This document shows positions 1 through 11,434 of a stretch of 64,000 bases of DNA, in pieces; position 1 is the first letter of the stretch, and the number at the start of each line of letters is the position of its first letter. The stretch comes from Mobula hypostoma. Its lineage: Eukaryota. The notes beneath the pieces were generated by a model that saw only the letters and a program-made list of their open reading frames with translations, ran no database searches and had not been told where the DNA came from. The stretch is taken from the NCBI RefSeq assembly GCF_963921235.1, contig NC_086097.1, positions 248,808,001 through 248,872,000 of the forward strand, read 5' to 3'. Both the position numbers and the translations under genes were made by a program.

Positions 1-94
1 GCTACACAATCCTGTGTTGCCTCATCAATATCAGATCCTTCATCAACAGCACGCAGGTTAGTGCTCTTTTTGGAAACTGCAACTTTGACTCAGG

Positions 95-1865
95 TAGCAA
101 CAGAGAGTGGGAAGTTGGATGACTGGAAGCTATTAACATCCAACAAAAGGCAACTAAAAAGGCTATAAGCAGGGAAAAGATGAAATATGAGGGCAGACCA
201 GCCAATAATATAAACCAGGATTCCAAAAATATTTTCAGTTATATAAAGAGTGAAAGGGAGGTGAGAGTTAATATTGGACCACTGGAAAATAATGCAGGTG
301 AGGTAGTAATGGGAGACAAAGAAATGGCAGATAAACTTAATGGGTACTTTGTATCTGTCTTCACTGTGGAAGACACTAGCAGTGTGCCAGAGGTCCGTGA
401 GTGTCAGGGAGCAGGAGTGAGTGCCATTGCTATTACAAAGGGAAAAAGTGCCAGGCAAACTCAAAAGTCTTACCATGGATAAGTCACCTGGACCAGATGG
501 ACTACATCCCAGAGTCCTGAGGGAGGTTGCTGAAAAGATAATGGATGCATTGGTCATGATCTTTCAAGAATCACTTGCTGAAGTTTCAAGGTATGTGGAG
601 ACTAATGAAAAAATCAGTCAAAGTCAGCACGGTTTCCGTGAAGGTAAATCTGTTCGAATTCTTCAAGAAAGTAACAAGCAGGGAAGACAAGGGAGAGGCA
701 GTGGATGTCATTTACATTGATTTTCAGAAGGTGTTTGATAAGGTGTCTCACATGAGGCTACAAGATAAAACCCTATGGCATTACAGGAAAGATACTGGCG
801 TGGATAGCGGAATGGCTGACAGGCAGGAGGCAGTGAATAAAAAGGGCCTTTTCTGGTTGTAATAAAAGTTGCCTTTACTAGTTGGCTATCGGTGACTAGT
901 GGTGTTCCTCGGGTCGGTATTGGGAACACTACTTTTCACATTGTTTGTCAATGATTTGGATAATGGGACTTGTGGCAAAGTTTGTGGATGATACGAAGAT
1001 AGGTGGAGGGGTAGGTAGTGCTGAGGAAGCAATGTGATTGCAGCAGGACTTGGACAAATTGGAAGAATAGGCAAAAAAGTGGTGGATAAAATACAGTATT
1101 GGGAAATGTATGATAATACATTCTGGTAAAAGGAACAATAGTGTGGACTATTATCTAAATGGGAGAAGGTTCAAACATCAGAGGTGCAGAGGGAATTAGG
1201 AGTTCTCGTGCAAGACTCCCAGAAGGTTAATTTACAGGTTCAGTCTGTGGTAAAGAAGGCAAATGCAATGTTGGCATTTATTTCAAGGGGAATAGAATAT
1301 AAAAGAAAGGAGATAATGCTGAGGCTTTATAAGACACTAGTCAGGCTACACTTGGAGTATCATCAACAGATGGATGTGTTGTCATTGGAGAGAGTCCAGA
1401 GGTTCATGCGGATGATTCCAGGAATGAAGGCGTTAACATATGAGGCAGTTTAAAAGAATGTGTGGGGATCTCATTGAAACCTAAGGATGTTGAAAGGACT
1501 AGATCGGGTGGGTGTGGAGAGGATGTTTCCTGTGGTGGGGTTATCCAGAACCAGAGGGCACAGCCTCAATAATTGTCTAGCCTGCTGGTATATATACCCT
1601 TTGGAACAGAAGTAAGGAGGCATTTTTTTTTAATAGCCAGAGAGTAGCAAATTTATGGAATGCTCTGCCACAGACTGTGGTGGAGGCTGAGCCCATATGT
1701 ATATTTAAGGTGGAAGTTGATAGTTTCCTGATCAGTCAGGGCATCAAAGGATATGGTGAGAAGGCAGGTGTATGGAGTTAAGTGGGATCTGGGATCAGCC
1801 ATGATGGAATGGCAGAGCAGACTCGATGGGCTGAATGGCCTAATGTTGCTCCTGTGTCTTATGCT
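95..1865 (+). mobile_element. CR1 LINE, 5'-truncated, decayed ORF2 (RT region) plus 3' UTR
   Basis: Fragmented ORFs give KSPGPDGLHPRVLREVA, VDVIYIDFQKVFDKV, LYKTLVRLHLEY; 3' UTR ends ...GGGCTGAATGGCCTAATGTTGCTCCTGTGTCTTATG. Confidence 0.9.
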
Positions 1866-2314
1866 GTTGTGGACTTTTTATCTTTTTCTCTTCCCTGTGC
1901 AGTCCATTTATTTTTGTTTGCCCGACATGCTCTTTGTAGGTGTCCTACGTTGTTGATTTTGTGCAAATTTCACCTTTAAGCCTGCACTGGTCTGGTGTAT
2001 GTGACCCCCTACCACAATGGTGATACAATTTGTTTGCTCAGGCCGGTCTCTGTTTCAATATCTGCACTTGCTGCCTTTTTTCTGAAAGCGGAAGGAATTG
2101 CTCCTTGATTTATTTGTGTGTGAAACCCTAAACATTGTGGGGAATAGGGCCAAAGGCACTGATTTGGAGCGTTGGACGTGGGAATGTGTCTCCTGTCAGC
2201 GGGAAGGGTGAGCAATCCCAACATCGGGTCCAAATCAGACTCTGGGACAGGTCGCTGTGACATCAGGGTATCATTGTGCGGTACGGAAGCTGAACGGCAT
2301 CGGAACATAAGACC

Positions 2315-2672
2315 CTACAGAGGATGGTAAACACCACTGTAAAGAACACGGGGTCTCCTTACCCCCATTTGTGACATTTACTGGGGGCATGGTTGAGGAT
2401 TCCTACCACCCATCCCACAATCTCTCTGACCCACTACCATCAGGAAGGAGGTACAGGAGCATCAGGACAAGAACTGTCAGACTGGGTGACAACTTCTTCC
2501 CTCAGGCTGTGAGACTAATGAACACCCTGCCACCACCGAGGTCTCGTCACCAGGATGGCAAGCTGTTTACTGTTTACCTGTATTACGGACTTATTTGTGA
2601 TACTATTTTTTGTGTGTATTTTGTTTGCTGTGTGCAAGTGCACCGTGGTCCAGAGGGGCATTGTTTCATTTG
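2315..2672 (+). mobile_element. Rex1/Babar-type LINE 3' fragment
   Basis: HPSHNLSDPLPSGRRYRSIRTRTVRLGDNFFPQAVRLMN, the typical Rex C-terminus. Confidence 0.75.
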
Positions 2673-2675
2673 GTT

Positions 2676-3443
2676 CAAGTGTGAGTGGTACACTTTGGAA
2701 GGGCAAACTCCAAGGCAGAGTACAAAGTAAATGACAGGATACTTGGTAGTGTGGAGGAGCAGAGGGATCTGGGGATATATGTCCTGAGATCCCTGAAAAT
2801 TGCCTCACAGGTGGATAGGGTAGTTAAGAAAGCTTATGGGGTGTTAGCTTTCATAAGTCGAGGGACAGAGTTTAAGAGTCGCGATGTAATGATGCAGCTC
2901 TATAAAACTCTGGTTAGGCCACACTTGGAGTTCTGTGTCCAGTTCTGGTCACCTCACTATAGGAAGGATGTGGAAGCATTGGAAAGGGTACAGAGGAGAT
3001 TTACCAGGATGCTGCCTGGTTTAGAGAGTATGCATTATGATCAGAGATTAAGGGAGCTAGGGCTTTACTCTTTGGAGAGAAGGAGGACGAGAGGAGACAT
3101 GATAGAGGTGTACAAGATAATAAGAGGAATAGATAGAGTGGATAGCCAGCGCCTCTTCCCCAGGGCACCACTGCTCAATACAAGAGGACATGGCTTTAAG
3201 GTAAGGGGTGGGAAGTTCAAGGGGGATATTAGAGGAAGGTTTTTTACTCAGAGAGTGGTTGGTGTGTGGAATGCACTGCCTGAGTCAGTGGTGGAGGCAG
3301 ATACACTAGTGAAGTTTAAGAGACTACTAGACAGGTATATGGAGGAATTTAAGGTGGGAGCTTATATGGGATGCAGGGTTTGAGGGTCGGCACAACATTG
3401 TGGGCCGAAGGGCCTGTACTGTGCTGTACTATTCTATGTTCTA
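2676..3443 (+). mobile_element. Young CR1 LINE 3' end; ORF2 C-terminal remnant open 2685-3383
   Basis: 232-aa stretch HFGRAN...LVRPHLEFCVQFWSP...TRGH...FFTQRVVGVWNALP; tail TATTCTATGTTCTAT. Confidence 0.93.
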
Positions 3444-3444
3444 T

Positions 3445-4395
3445 TAAAACCAACAGCAAGGTTGGAAACAGGAAGGGGAGGAGCAGACTCTATTTTCTAA
3501 GGAAGCTGTTGTGCAGCAGGATGTTGGAGACCTTTTTCCAGTCTGTTGTAGCGAGTGCAGACTTCTTTGTAGCTTTATGTTGGGGGGAGCAGCATTAGTG
3601 CTGACAATGCAAAAAGAATAAATAAACTCAGAAAGGCTGGATGCGTCCTTGGCTACAACCCGGACCCTTTTGAGTTAGTAGTAGAGAGGAGGTCACTAAA
3701 CAAACTGGTATCCCTTATGGCCCATCAGGCACATCCTCTCCATGACCCACTGAATAAGCAGTGGAGCACCCTTTTGACCAGACTCATTCAGCTCCGCTGT
3801 CACAAGGATCGTTACAGAAAATCTTTCTTATCAAATGCAATAAACATATACAACAGTTCATCTCTGTGCGACAGGAGAACACACATGATAGTACAATAGT
3901 CTCTGTTTTATTATTTCGTAATTATTATTGTACCCATTGCATATTGGTAAATTATTATTGTGCATATTATTATTCTGTACTTTGTTATTAGTTAAGTCTG
4001 CATACTAAGTATGGGCACGTGGCCAAGTGGTTAAGGCATTGGACTAGCGACCTGAAGGTCGTGAGTTTGAGCCCCAGCCGAGGCAACATGTTGTGTCCTT
4101 GAGCAAGGCACTTAATCACACATTGCTCTGCGACGACACTGGTGCCAAGCTGTATGGGTCCTAATGGGTCCTAATGCCCTTCCCTTGGACAACATCGGTG
4201 TCGTGGAGAGGGGAGACTTGCAGCATGGACAACTGCTGGTCTTCCATACAACCTTGCCCAGGCCTGCGCCCTGGAGAGTGAAGACTTTCCAGGCACAGAT
4301 CCATGGTCTCGCAAGACTAACGGATGCACACTAAGTGTGTTTTTAAATGTTGCTGTAATGAAAGCATTTTCCGCTCGGGATCAATAAAGTATTTA
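3445..4395 (+). mobile_element. Rex1/Babar LINE 3' fragment, interrupted by a SINE at 4014-4326
   Basis: RKGRSRLYFLRKL, HPLH, RYRKSFLSNAINIYNSS; tail GGGATCAATAAAGTATTTATT. Confidence 0.8.
4014..4326 (+). mobile_element. tRNA-headed SINE with RTE-type body/tail (copy 1 of 4)
   Basis: A box TGGCCAAGTGG, B box-like GAGTTTGAGCC, GTGTCCTTGAGCAAGGCACTTAA; TSD CATACTAAGTATG (4001-4013) / CACACTAAGTGTG (4327-4339). Confidence 0.88.
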
Positions 4396-4744
4396 TTGTT
4401 ATTATTCTTAGAATATATGTACAGTCAGATGACAATAAACTTGACCTTGTTTCCATTTCATAATCACTTGAACATAAATCGCAAAGCAGGATATGTCCTC
4501 CCAGATATGTGGCCACACACACAGAGGAACACAAGGATTCGTGAGTAGGGCTGCCTCTGTCGAGTGTAAGTCTGTAATAAATTAGTAACATGTATTTGCT
4601 TGCTATTTCTCACTCCGAGCTTTAGCATGACTCTCCTTAATATTCAGAAAGCTTTTCAGTTCCAAAATGATGTAAACTGTAATTCAAGTGACCCTGTCAA
4701 GAGAAAGAAATCAAACACAAGTACAATGTCAAGTGCCTTTGTGA

Positions 4745-5020
4745 CTGGATCCTTGCCTTCCTCATTGGAGACCATCATCCGTTTGGATCAGAAATAATAT
4801 CTCCTCCTCGCTGACAATCAACACCAGCTCAGCCACTGCTCTACTCTCTCTACACTCATGATTGTGTGGCTTGGCACAGCTCAGACGCTATCCATAAATT
4901 TGCCAATGAACGATTGCTGTTGGCAGGATCTCTGATGATGTGGAGGCAGACCTGAGTGAGATAGATTGGCTGGTTGAGTGGTGTTGCAAGGACAACCTGC
5001 ACTCAATGCCAAAGGAATTG
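4745..5020 (+). mobile_element. Decayed Rex-type RT fragment
   Basis: CCACTGCTCTACTCTCTCTACACTCATGATTGTGTGGC (PLLYSLYTHDCV) and a KFAxD-like motif. Confidence 0.65.
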
Positions 5021-5079
5021 ACTTATTTCAAGGTGCAGTGTGGAACAGGCCTTCTGGCCCCGACTTAACGCTAGCCTTG

Positions 5080-5295
5080 GCCAGTAAGGAGTCTGTATGT
5101 TCTCCCCATGAATTTGTGTGTTTCCTCCGGGTGCTCTGATTTCCTCCTACAGTCCAAAGACATACTGGTTGGTAGCTTTATTGGTCATTGCAAATTGTCC
5201 CCTGATTAGGCTAGGATTAAACCAGGTGATCTCTGGGCAGCACGGCTCAAAGGGTCAGAAGGGTCAATTCCAGGCTGTATCTCAATAAATATATA
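5080..5295 (+). mobile_element. HE1/V-SINE-like SINE, partial
   Basis: TTTCCTCCGGGTGCTCTGATTTCCTCCTACAGTCCAAAGAC core and AATAAAT tail; the same core recurs more than 10 times in the window. Confidence 0.75.
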
Positions 5296-5351
5296 ATCAT
5301 GGCAAAAGATTTAGTGCTTCCCTGCGTATATGACAAATAAATTCTTCTCTG

Positions 5352-5634
5352 ACTTCCAGCCAGGTACAGGTATTGATTTTGACTGATGTCTTGATAACAA
5401 ACTCTTCCATCTTCATCAGGGATGACGCCTGGGCGTCTCTCGTCTGGCGGAATTTATACCCTTGTAGTCCGTCCATCCTGATTGGTTAGTCCTCATCCAA
5501 TCAGGATTCCACTCTCCCACCTTGTTTACAATCAAATTCCATTTCTTACTTAGAGCAAAACCTTGTTCTCTAGTTTAATTTCAATGGCTTTCTTTACCAG
5601 GCGGTCCAAAAAGTTATTGGCGCAGCACAGTAAA
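5352..5634 (-). mobile_element. Penelope-like element 3' fragment (end of GIY-YIG ORF plus degenerate hammerhead)
   Basis: Minus strand reads ...NNFLDRLVKKAIEIKLEN..., then CCTGATGAAGATGGAAGAGTTTGTTATCAAGACATC (decayed CUGAUGA...GAAAC). Confidence 0.7.
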
Positions 5635-5744
5635 CACCCCTAAAGACACCAAGAATAACAATATCGTTGAGAAATAATGTTAATTTAAAATTATTACTGT
5701 CGAACAAGTTTTCTAAAATGCTTTGTTTATTCAATCTATTTTTG

Positions 5745-6290
5745 TTGAGGCGCTCCATTGGTCAGGGTCAACCATGGATATTTCACCCTAGCTGTCTAGA
5801 TACACAAGCCTGGACAGTACGACGTGAGAGCAAGCTGTTACCCATGTCGTGAGCTCCCCCCTCCCCACACAGCTGGTGAATTCAAAGGAATGGCAGAGAC
5901 TGATACAGCTTGGCATCAGCGGCGTCAGAAGATTTGTCAGTCAGCGTTGAATTCAGTGTAGGACTGTCTTAGGGTTTACTCCCAAAGTCTTCTCTATGAG
6001 TGGGTGTGGCCACAAGGCAGCGGAGTTTCTCCCAGGTTTGCTGCCAACCACGGCTGATGAGCCCCATCTGCCAGAAGTGACCGGTTTCAAGGCTCCAATA
6101 ACCCACTCTTCCCCTTCTGACAGCAGAAACAATTCTGCTGGGCTAAGTAACTAAGTCACACGTAAAGGCCGGGAGCTGGACTTGGTTGTCAGAGGCTAAT
6201 TGAGACACACGCCGTTGGTAGCATTTCATAGATGTGGGAGCTTGTCTCCATTACTTCCCTCCCCCCGGCTACAACAACCTTAAGGAACCA
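5745..6290 (-). mobile_element. Non-coding RTE-related non-autonomous element (copy 1 of 3)
   Basis: Collinear with 17805-18452 and 41803-42355; shares the AAAGGAATGGCAGAGACTGATACAGCTTGGCATCAG block with the tRNA-SINE body. Confidence 0.7.
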
Positions 6291-6380
6291 ACTGTCTCTG
6301 TTACACTTTTATTAATAGTAAACAATGAATACATGTAATTTAGCAATAGGCCTCGTCTTTTCTCCTTAAGAGTCAATATA

Positions 6381-6683
6381 TAGGCATCCATTAGTCTCGT
6401 GAGACCATGGATTTGTGCCTTGGAAGGTTTCCAGGGCGCAGGCCTGGGCAAGGTTGTATGGGAGACCAGCAGTTGCCCTTGCTGCAAGTCTCCCCTCTCC
6501 ACGACACAGATGTTGTCCAAGGGAAGGGCATTAGGACCCATACAGCTTGGCACCGGTGTCGTCGCAGAGCAATGAGTGGTTAAGTGCCTTGCTCAAGGAC
6601 ACACACAATCTGCCTCAGCCAAGGCTCGAACTAGCGACCTTCAAGTCACTAGACGAACGCCTTAACCACTTGGCCACGTGCCA
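6381..6683 (-). mobile_element. tRNA-headed RTE-type SINE (copy 2)
   Basis: Reverse complement of 4014-4326. Confidence 0.88.
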
Positions 6684-6737
6684 ACAATAATTACTAACAA
6701 TAAGTCAATAATTATTGTTAATAATTCATTGAACTAT

Positions 6738-7055
6738 GATTCAGGATTCTAGATTGTTTAATGTCATTTCCAGTAGACAAGTGTAAAGGGGAACTAAATA
6801 ATTGTTACTCCAGCACAAAAAAATAACACAATAAGATGAAGAACACAATAATATAAAAAACACAATAAATATAAATAGATGAGATAGATTATACTTTATT
6901 TATAATTTATATATTGATTATATCTCTATAAACTAAGAGCTACAGGAGTGTCTGTACATAACGTGACTCTGACAGGAAATGATTAAGTAGTGGTGGTTGG
7001 GGGTGTGGAGGGATGGGTTTGTGGGTGGAGGTGTTGATCGTCCTTGCTGCTTGGC
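6738..7055 (-). mobile_element. LINE 3' UTR (Rex/L2-type tail)
   Basis: Same sequence recurs at 48060-48213 plus 49900-50140. Confidence 0.6.
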
Positions 7056-7479
7056 TGATCAAATGATCACCTCTGCTCAAAATGACCTTGGCACGTGAGA
7101 GAATTTGTTTTTAGTTCAGTAAAAATGTTGTCACCTCCGGTTGTAGTGTTTTAAGGTAGGAGATGGATTTGACCTCACATCAAGCACCGTATCTTTGAGG
7201 CCGCTCACTAACACATTTTCGTTTAGAGTGCTGTGGTCTGTGGCTTTAGATTGTTGACCTAATCTCGGCATGTGAAGTGCTAATGTTTGCTGAGGCCCCT
7301 TGGGGAGACTCTTGGATCTAATATCACTGGCCTGAGGATTGTGTCCTGCATGGATTCAGTGAGGCGATTATCATTCCCCTGCTGCCAGATATTTGAAGTG
7401 GCACTCGAAGTTAAAGGGAGGGTTTTAAAAACAAAGCATGCAGTAAAGGACCACTGTAATTATTTGGTAAGGTAATAAT

Positions 7480-7760
7480 TGGTGCCGCAGTAGAGTAGTG
7501 GTTAGCGCCACACTATCACAACTCAAGGCGTTCTGTAGTTCCCAAGTTCAATTCCTGCTGCTGCCTGTAAGGAATTTGTACGTTTGGGTTTCCTCCAGTT
7601 TCCTCCCACACTCCAAAGACGTATCAGTTGGTAGGTTAATTGGTCGTTGTAAATTGCCCCATGATTAGGCTCGTGCTAAATAGGCGTGTTGCTGAGGGAG
7701 TGGGTGCAGGCTCGTTGGGCTAGAAGGGCCTGTTTGCTGTATCTCTAAATAAATAAATAA
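7480..7760 (+). mobile_element. HE1/V-SINE-like SINE, near full length
   Basis: tRNA-like head TAGAGTAGTGGTTAGC...GTTCAATTCC, core TTTCCTCCCACACTCCAAAGAC, (AAAT)n tail. Confidence 0.8.
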
Positions 7761-7789
7761 ACAACCAAACATGTATTCCAAATATTGTT

Positions 7790-8095
7790 GATCACAAGAG
7801 ATTCTGCAAGAGGTGCTGGAAATCCAGAGCAACGCACACAAAATTCTGGAGGAACTCAGCAGGTCAGGCAGCAGCTACGGAGGGGAATACACAGTCAACC
7901 TTTTGGGTCGAGACCCTTCTTCAGGACTGGAAAGGTGGAGAGAAGAAGCCAGAATCAGAAGATGGGGAGAGTCAAAGGAGTATAAGCTGGAAGGTGAGAG
8001 GTGAAGCCAGGTGATTGGGGAAGGAGGGATGAATTGAGAAGCTGGGAGGTGATAAGTGGAAAAAGTAAAGAGCTGGAGAAAGAGGAAACTTATGG
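7790..8095 (-). mobile_element. Penelope-derived short element with mutated hammerhead
   Basis: GGAGGAACTCAGCAGGTCAGGCAGC block; minus strand CAGTCCTGAAGAAGGGTCTCGACCCAAAAGGTTGACTG. Confidence 0.75.
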
Positions 8096-8279
8096 AGAGA
8101 TATTACTGCTGTCTAATATGAGTGAAAGAGACCAAGCTGTAGCTGTGTTTGATTGGAGTATGCATCTGTGGGGTTTCTGTAGTTTGTGTTTGCAGATCAC
8201 TTCACTCAGATGGCTGAGATTTGTTTCAAGCAGATAACATCATCGATCTGATTGTCGACTTTTTTTCATTTAGAGATAG

Positions 8280-8545
8280 TTTATTTATCACGCAACAGGG
8301 CCTTCCAGCCCTCCGAGCTGCACCACCCAGCAATAATGTAAAACTAGCCTAATCATGAGATAATTAACTCCCCAACCAGTGCACCTCTGGACTGTGGGAG
8401 GAGACTGGTGCACTCGGAGGAAACACACACATCCCATGGAGAGGGTGGACAGACTCCTTACGGATGACATCAGAATTGAACTCTGAACTCTGAACCCCAC
8501 CATCCTGAGCTGCAATAGTGTCGTGCAAACTGCTGCGTTGCCGTG
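8280..8545 (-). mobile_element. HE1/V-SINE-like SINE
   Basis: Reverse complement of the SINE core (GGACTGTGGGAGGAGACTGGTGCACTCGGAGGAAAC). Confidence 0.72.
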
Positions 8546-9554
8546 GTTCTCTAGTTACAGCACGATAACGGGACTTTCTGGTCCAATGGTCCTGTGGCTC
8601 CCAATTATGCCTAAGTGACAAACTAACTTACTACCCGTTATGCCTTTGGACTGTGGGGGGGAAGCTGGAGCACCGGGGAAAACCCACACAATCATGGGGG
8701 GAGCATTCAAACACGGCGGAATCAAACCCGGGTCAGTGGTGCTGTAATAGCATTACGCTAACTGCTGTACGACTCTGCTGCCCCTCCATGTCTGTCCAGT
8801 AACCAAACAAGGAATTCTCTGCCCCCCTCGCAATTATCCACGTAACCGTTTCCCCGTCAGCAAACTCATTCACACTACTCCACAGCCCAGAGTTGAAGGC
8901 AACAGACCGTCTCATTAGGAATCTGATTCTGTGTGAATCTCAGCCCAGCCCGTCTTGTGCTGTAAACTGGAATCACAGACCATTTATAGATGCGGAAAGG
9001 AAAGGCTGTGAGATTGTTAAGCGGAATATCTCTTCACTAGATGATAAGAGACTGACGGTCAAAAATACTTCGTCATGACCAAATATGGATGTCCCGTTAT
9101 CACGTGCACACGAAATATACAATGAAATGTGTCGTCTGTGTTAACAGCCATCGTACCCATGGGTGGTTGGGAGAGGGGAAGAAGTACAAGCTGGCAGGAG
9201 ATGGGTGAGACCAGGTGATGTGTTGGGGGCAACCCACAGGTGTCACCATGCATTCCAGTGCCAACATAACCTACCCACAGTGTTCAGCAGATCAGCAAAG
9301 AACAGAACAGCAGGACGCTCGCTGTTGCTGTAATATGACTGTACTAGCCACTTCGCTACCATACCACCTACAACAATATAGAAGAACAATTACAGAAACT
9401 AACTTTGATACAACAGTTATTACACAGTGTAATACTCGAGAGCCAGTCATTACACCATCTGCTTCGATTCCTGCGCCCCAAACAAAGACAAAACCAATGA
9501 ACATCAGGCTCTGTCTTCATTAAAATTCAGCACGAGAGCTCCCGAGCAGGCAGT

Positions 9555-10875
9555 TTGGTGCAGAATTTGTGTAGGACGTTGGTGAGGCCCTATTTGGAAT
9601 ATTGCTTGAAGTTTTGGTCACCTACCTACAGGAAAGATGTCAATAAGATTGAAAGAGTGCAGAGAAAATTGACAAGGATGTTGCCAGGACTGGAGGACCT
9701 GAGTTATGGAGAAAGGTTGAATAGGTTAGGACTTTAGTCCTTAGTGCAGGGATTCCCACCCTGAGGATCACAGGCCTCCAAGTTAATGGTAGGGGGCCAT
9801 GGCATAAAAAAAAGTCTGGGCACCCTTGCCCTAGAACGTAGAAAATTGAGGGGAGATTTGATAGAGGTATATAAAATTATGAGGAGTATAGATAGGGTAA
9901 TTGCAAGCAGGCTGTTTCCGCTGAGTGAGACTACAACTAGAGGTCATGGGTTAAGGATGAAATGTGAACAGTTTAAGGAGAACTTGACAGAATTCTTCAC
10001 TCAGAGGGTTGTGAGGGTGTGGAGCAAGCTGCCAGCGTAAGTGGTACATAGGAGTTGGATTTAAATTATTTTATTTAGATTATGAGGACACGCAGTCCTC
10101 TTTTATTGTCATTTAGTAATGCATGCATTAAGAAATGATACAATATTCCTCCAGCGTGATATCACAGAAACACAGGACAGACCAAGACTGAAAAACTAAC
10201 AAAAGCCACATAATTATAACATATAGTTACAACAGTGCAACAATACCATAACCTGATGAAGAACAGGCCATGGCACAGTAAAAAAGTTCAAAGTCTCTCG
10301 AAAGTCCCACATCTCACGCAGACGGGAGAAGGAAGAAAACTCTCCCTGCCATGCCCGACCACAGTCCCACTCTGAGTCGTCCGAAAACTTTGAGCTTCGA
10401 TCAGCCCTCTGACACTGAGAACCGAGTACCGAGCACCGAGCACCGAGCACCATCTCTATCCGAATGCTTCGACCTCAGCCTCGGTCGCCAGCAGCAGGCA
10501 AAACTGGGGATTTTGGGGCCTTCCCTCCGGAGATTCTCGATCGCACAGTAGCAGCGGCAGCGAACTAGGCATTTCAGAAATTTCTCCAGATGTTCCTCTG
10601 CTTCTCATGCCTGTCTTCATCAAATCAGAATTGCCCACGGCCCCTATTTAACAGATACGATATCATTTCACTGGAGAGCTGTGCGCGCTGCGTCGCACTG
10701 CCATCTTCTCCTCCCGCCGACTTCAACATTTCAGAGAAGTTTGGATAGGTACATGGATGGCAGGGGTATGGAGGGCAATGGTCCAGGTGCAGGTTGATGG
10801 GAGTAGGCAGTTAAAATGGTTCAGCACGGACTAGATGGGCCAAAGGGCCTGTTTCTATGCTGTACTTTTCTATAA
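9555..10875 (+). mobile_element. CR1 3' fragment, interrupted by 10063-10718
   Basis: LVRPYLEYCLKFWSP, RGDLIEVYKIM, FFTQRVVRVW; resumes after the insert with the CR1 3' UTR. Confidence 0.85.
10063..10718 (-). mobile_element. ORF-less non-autonomous LINE derivative (5' UTR plus 3' tail)
   Basis: Minus 5' end GGCGGGAGGAGAAGATGGCAG; 3' end ACAATAAAAGAGGACTGCGTGTCCTC...(AAAT); flanks GATTT/GACTT; host CR1 rejoins across it. Confidence 0.72.
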
Positions 10876-11434
10876 CTCAATCATTTTATCTGTATTTTAT
10901 TCCGCTTTTTAAAACTTTCACAGATAACCAATTATTAATAATCACTATTATTGTCCGGAATCTCTTTTAGAAAGTGTGGGTTTCCTCAGGGTGCTCTGGT
11001 TTCCTCCCACAGTCCAAAGACGTACTAGGTAATCAGTGATTGTAAATTGACCTGTGATTTATCAGAAGTTGCTGGGCAGAGTGGTTCGAGTGGTTTCATG
11101 CTGCATGTCAGTAAATAAATAAATAGACAGCTGGACAAGCAAATAAAAGAACAGCAGTCCCAGTCACACAGAACTTATGGAGGGGAAATAAACAGTCCAA
11201 GGCTCTTCATGTGCTCTCCTTCGGTATTTCTGATGAAGGGTTTTGGCCTGAACCATCAGCTGAATTTGTGCAGAGGCCTCATCTGAGCTGAAGTCTGTGC
11301 AGTGATGGACGTTGGACACGTTCTGTACTGTAATCCCACTGCAAAAGGATCTTAATTTGAACTGCTTCCTATTGAATTGACTTTAAAGAAGCAAGACAAA
11401 TAAGCCCAGCATTCACACGACAGTTTTTACATCT

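Noticed and set aside
4014..4085. tRNA-like sequences at SINE heads
   Set aside because: Fused to SINE bodies with TSDs; cloverleaf incomplete
10253..10330. CTGATGA...GAAA hammerhead-like spacing
   Set aside because: No convincing stem II and no NUH site closing stem III
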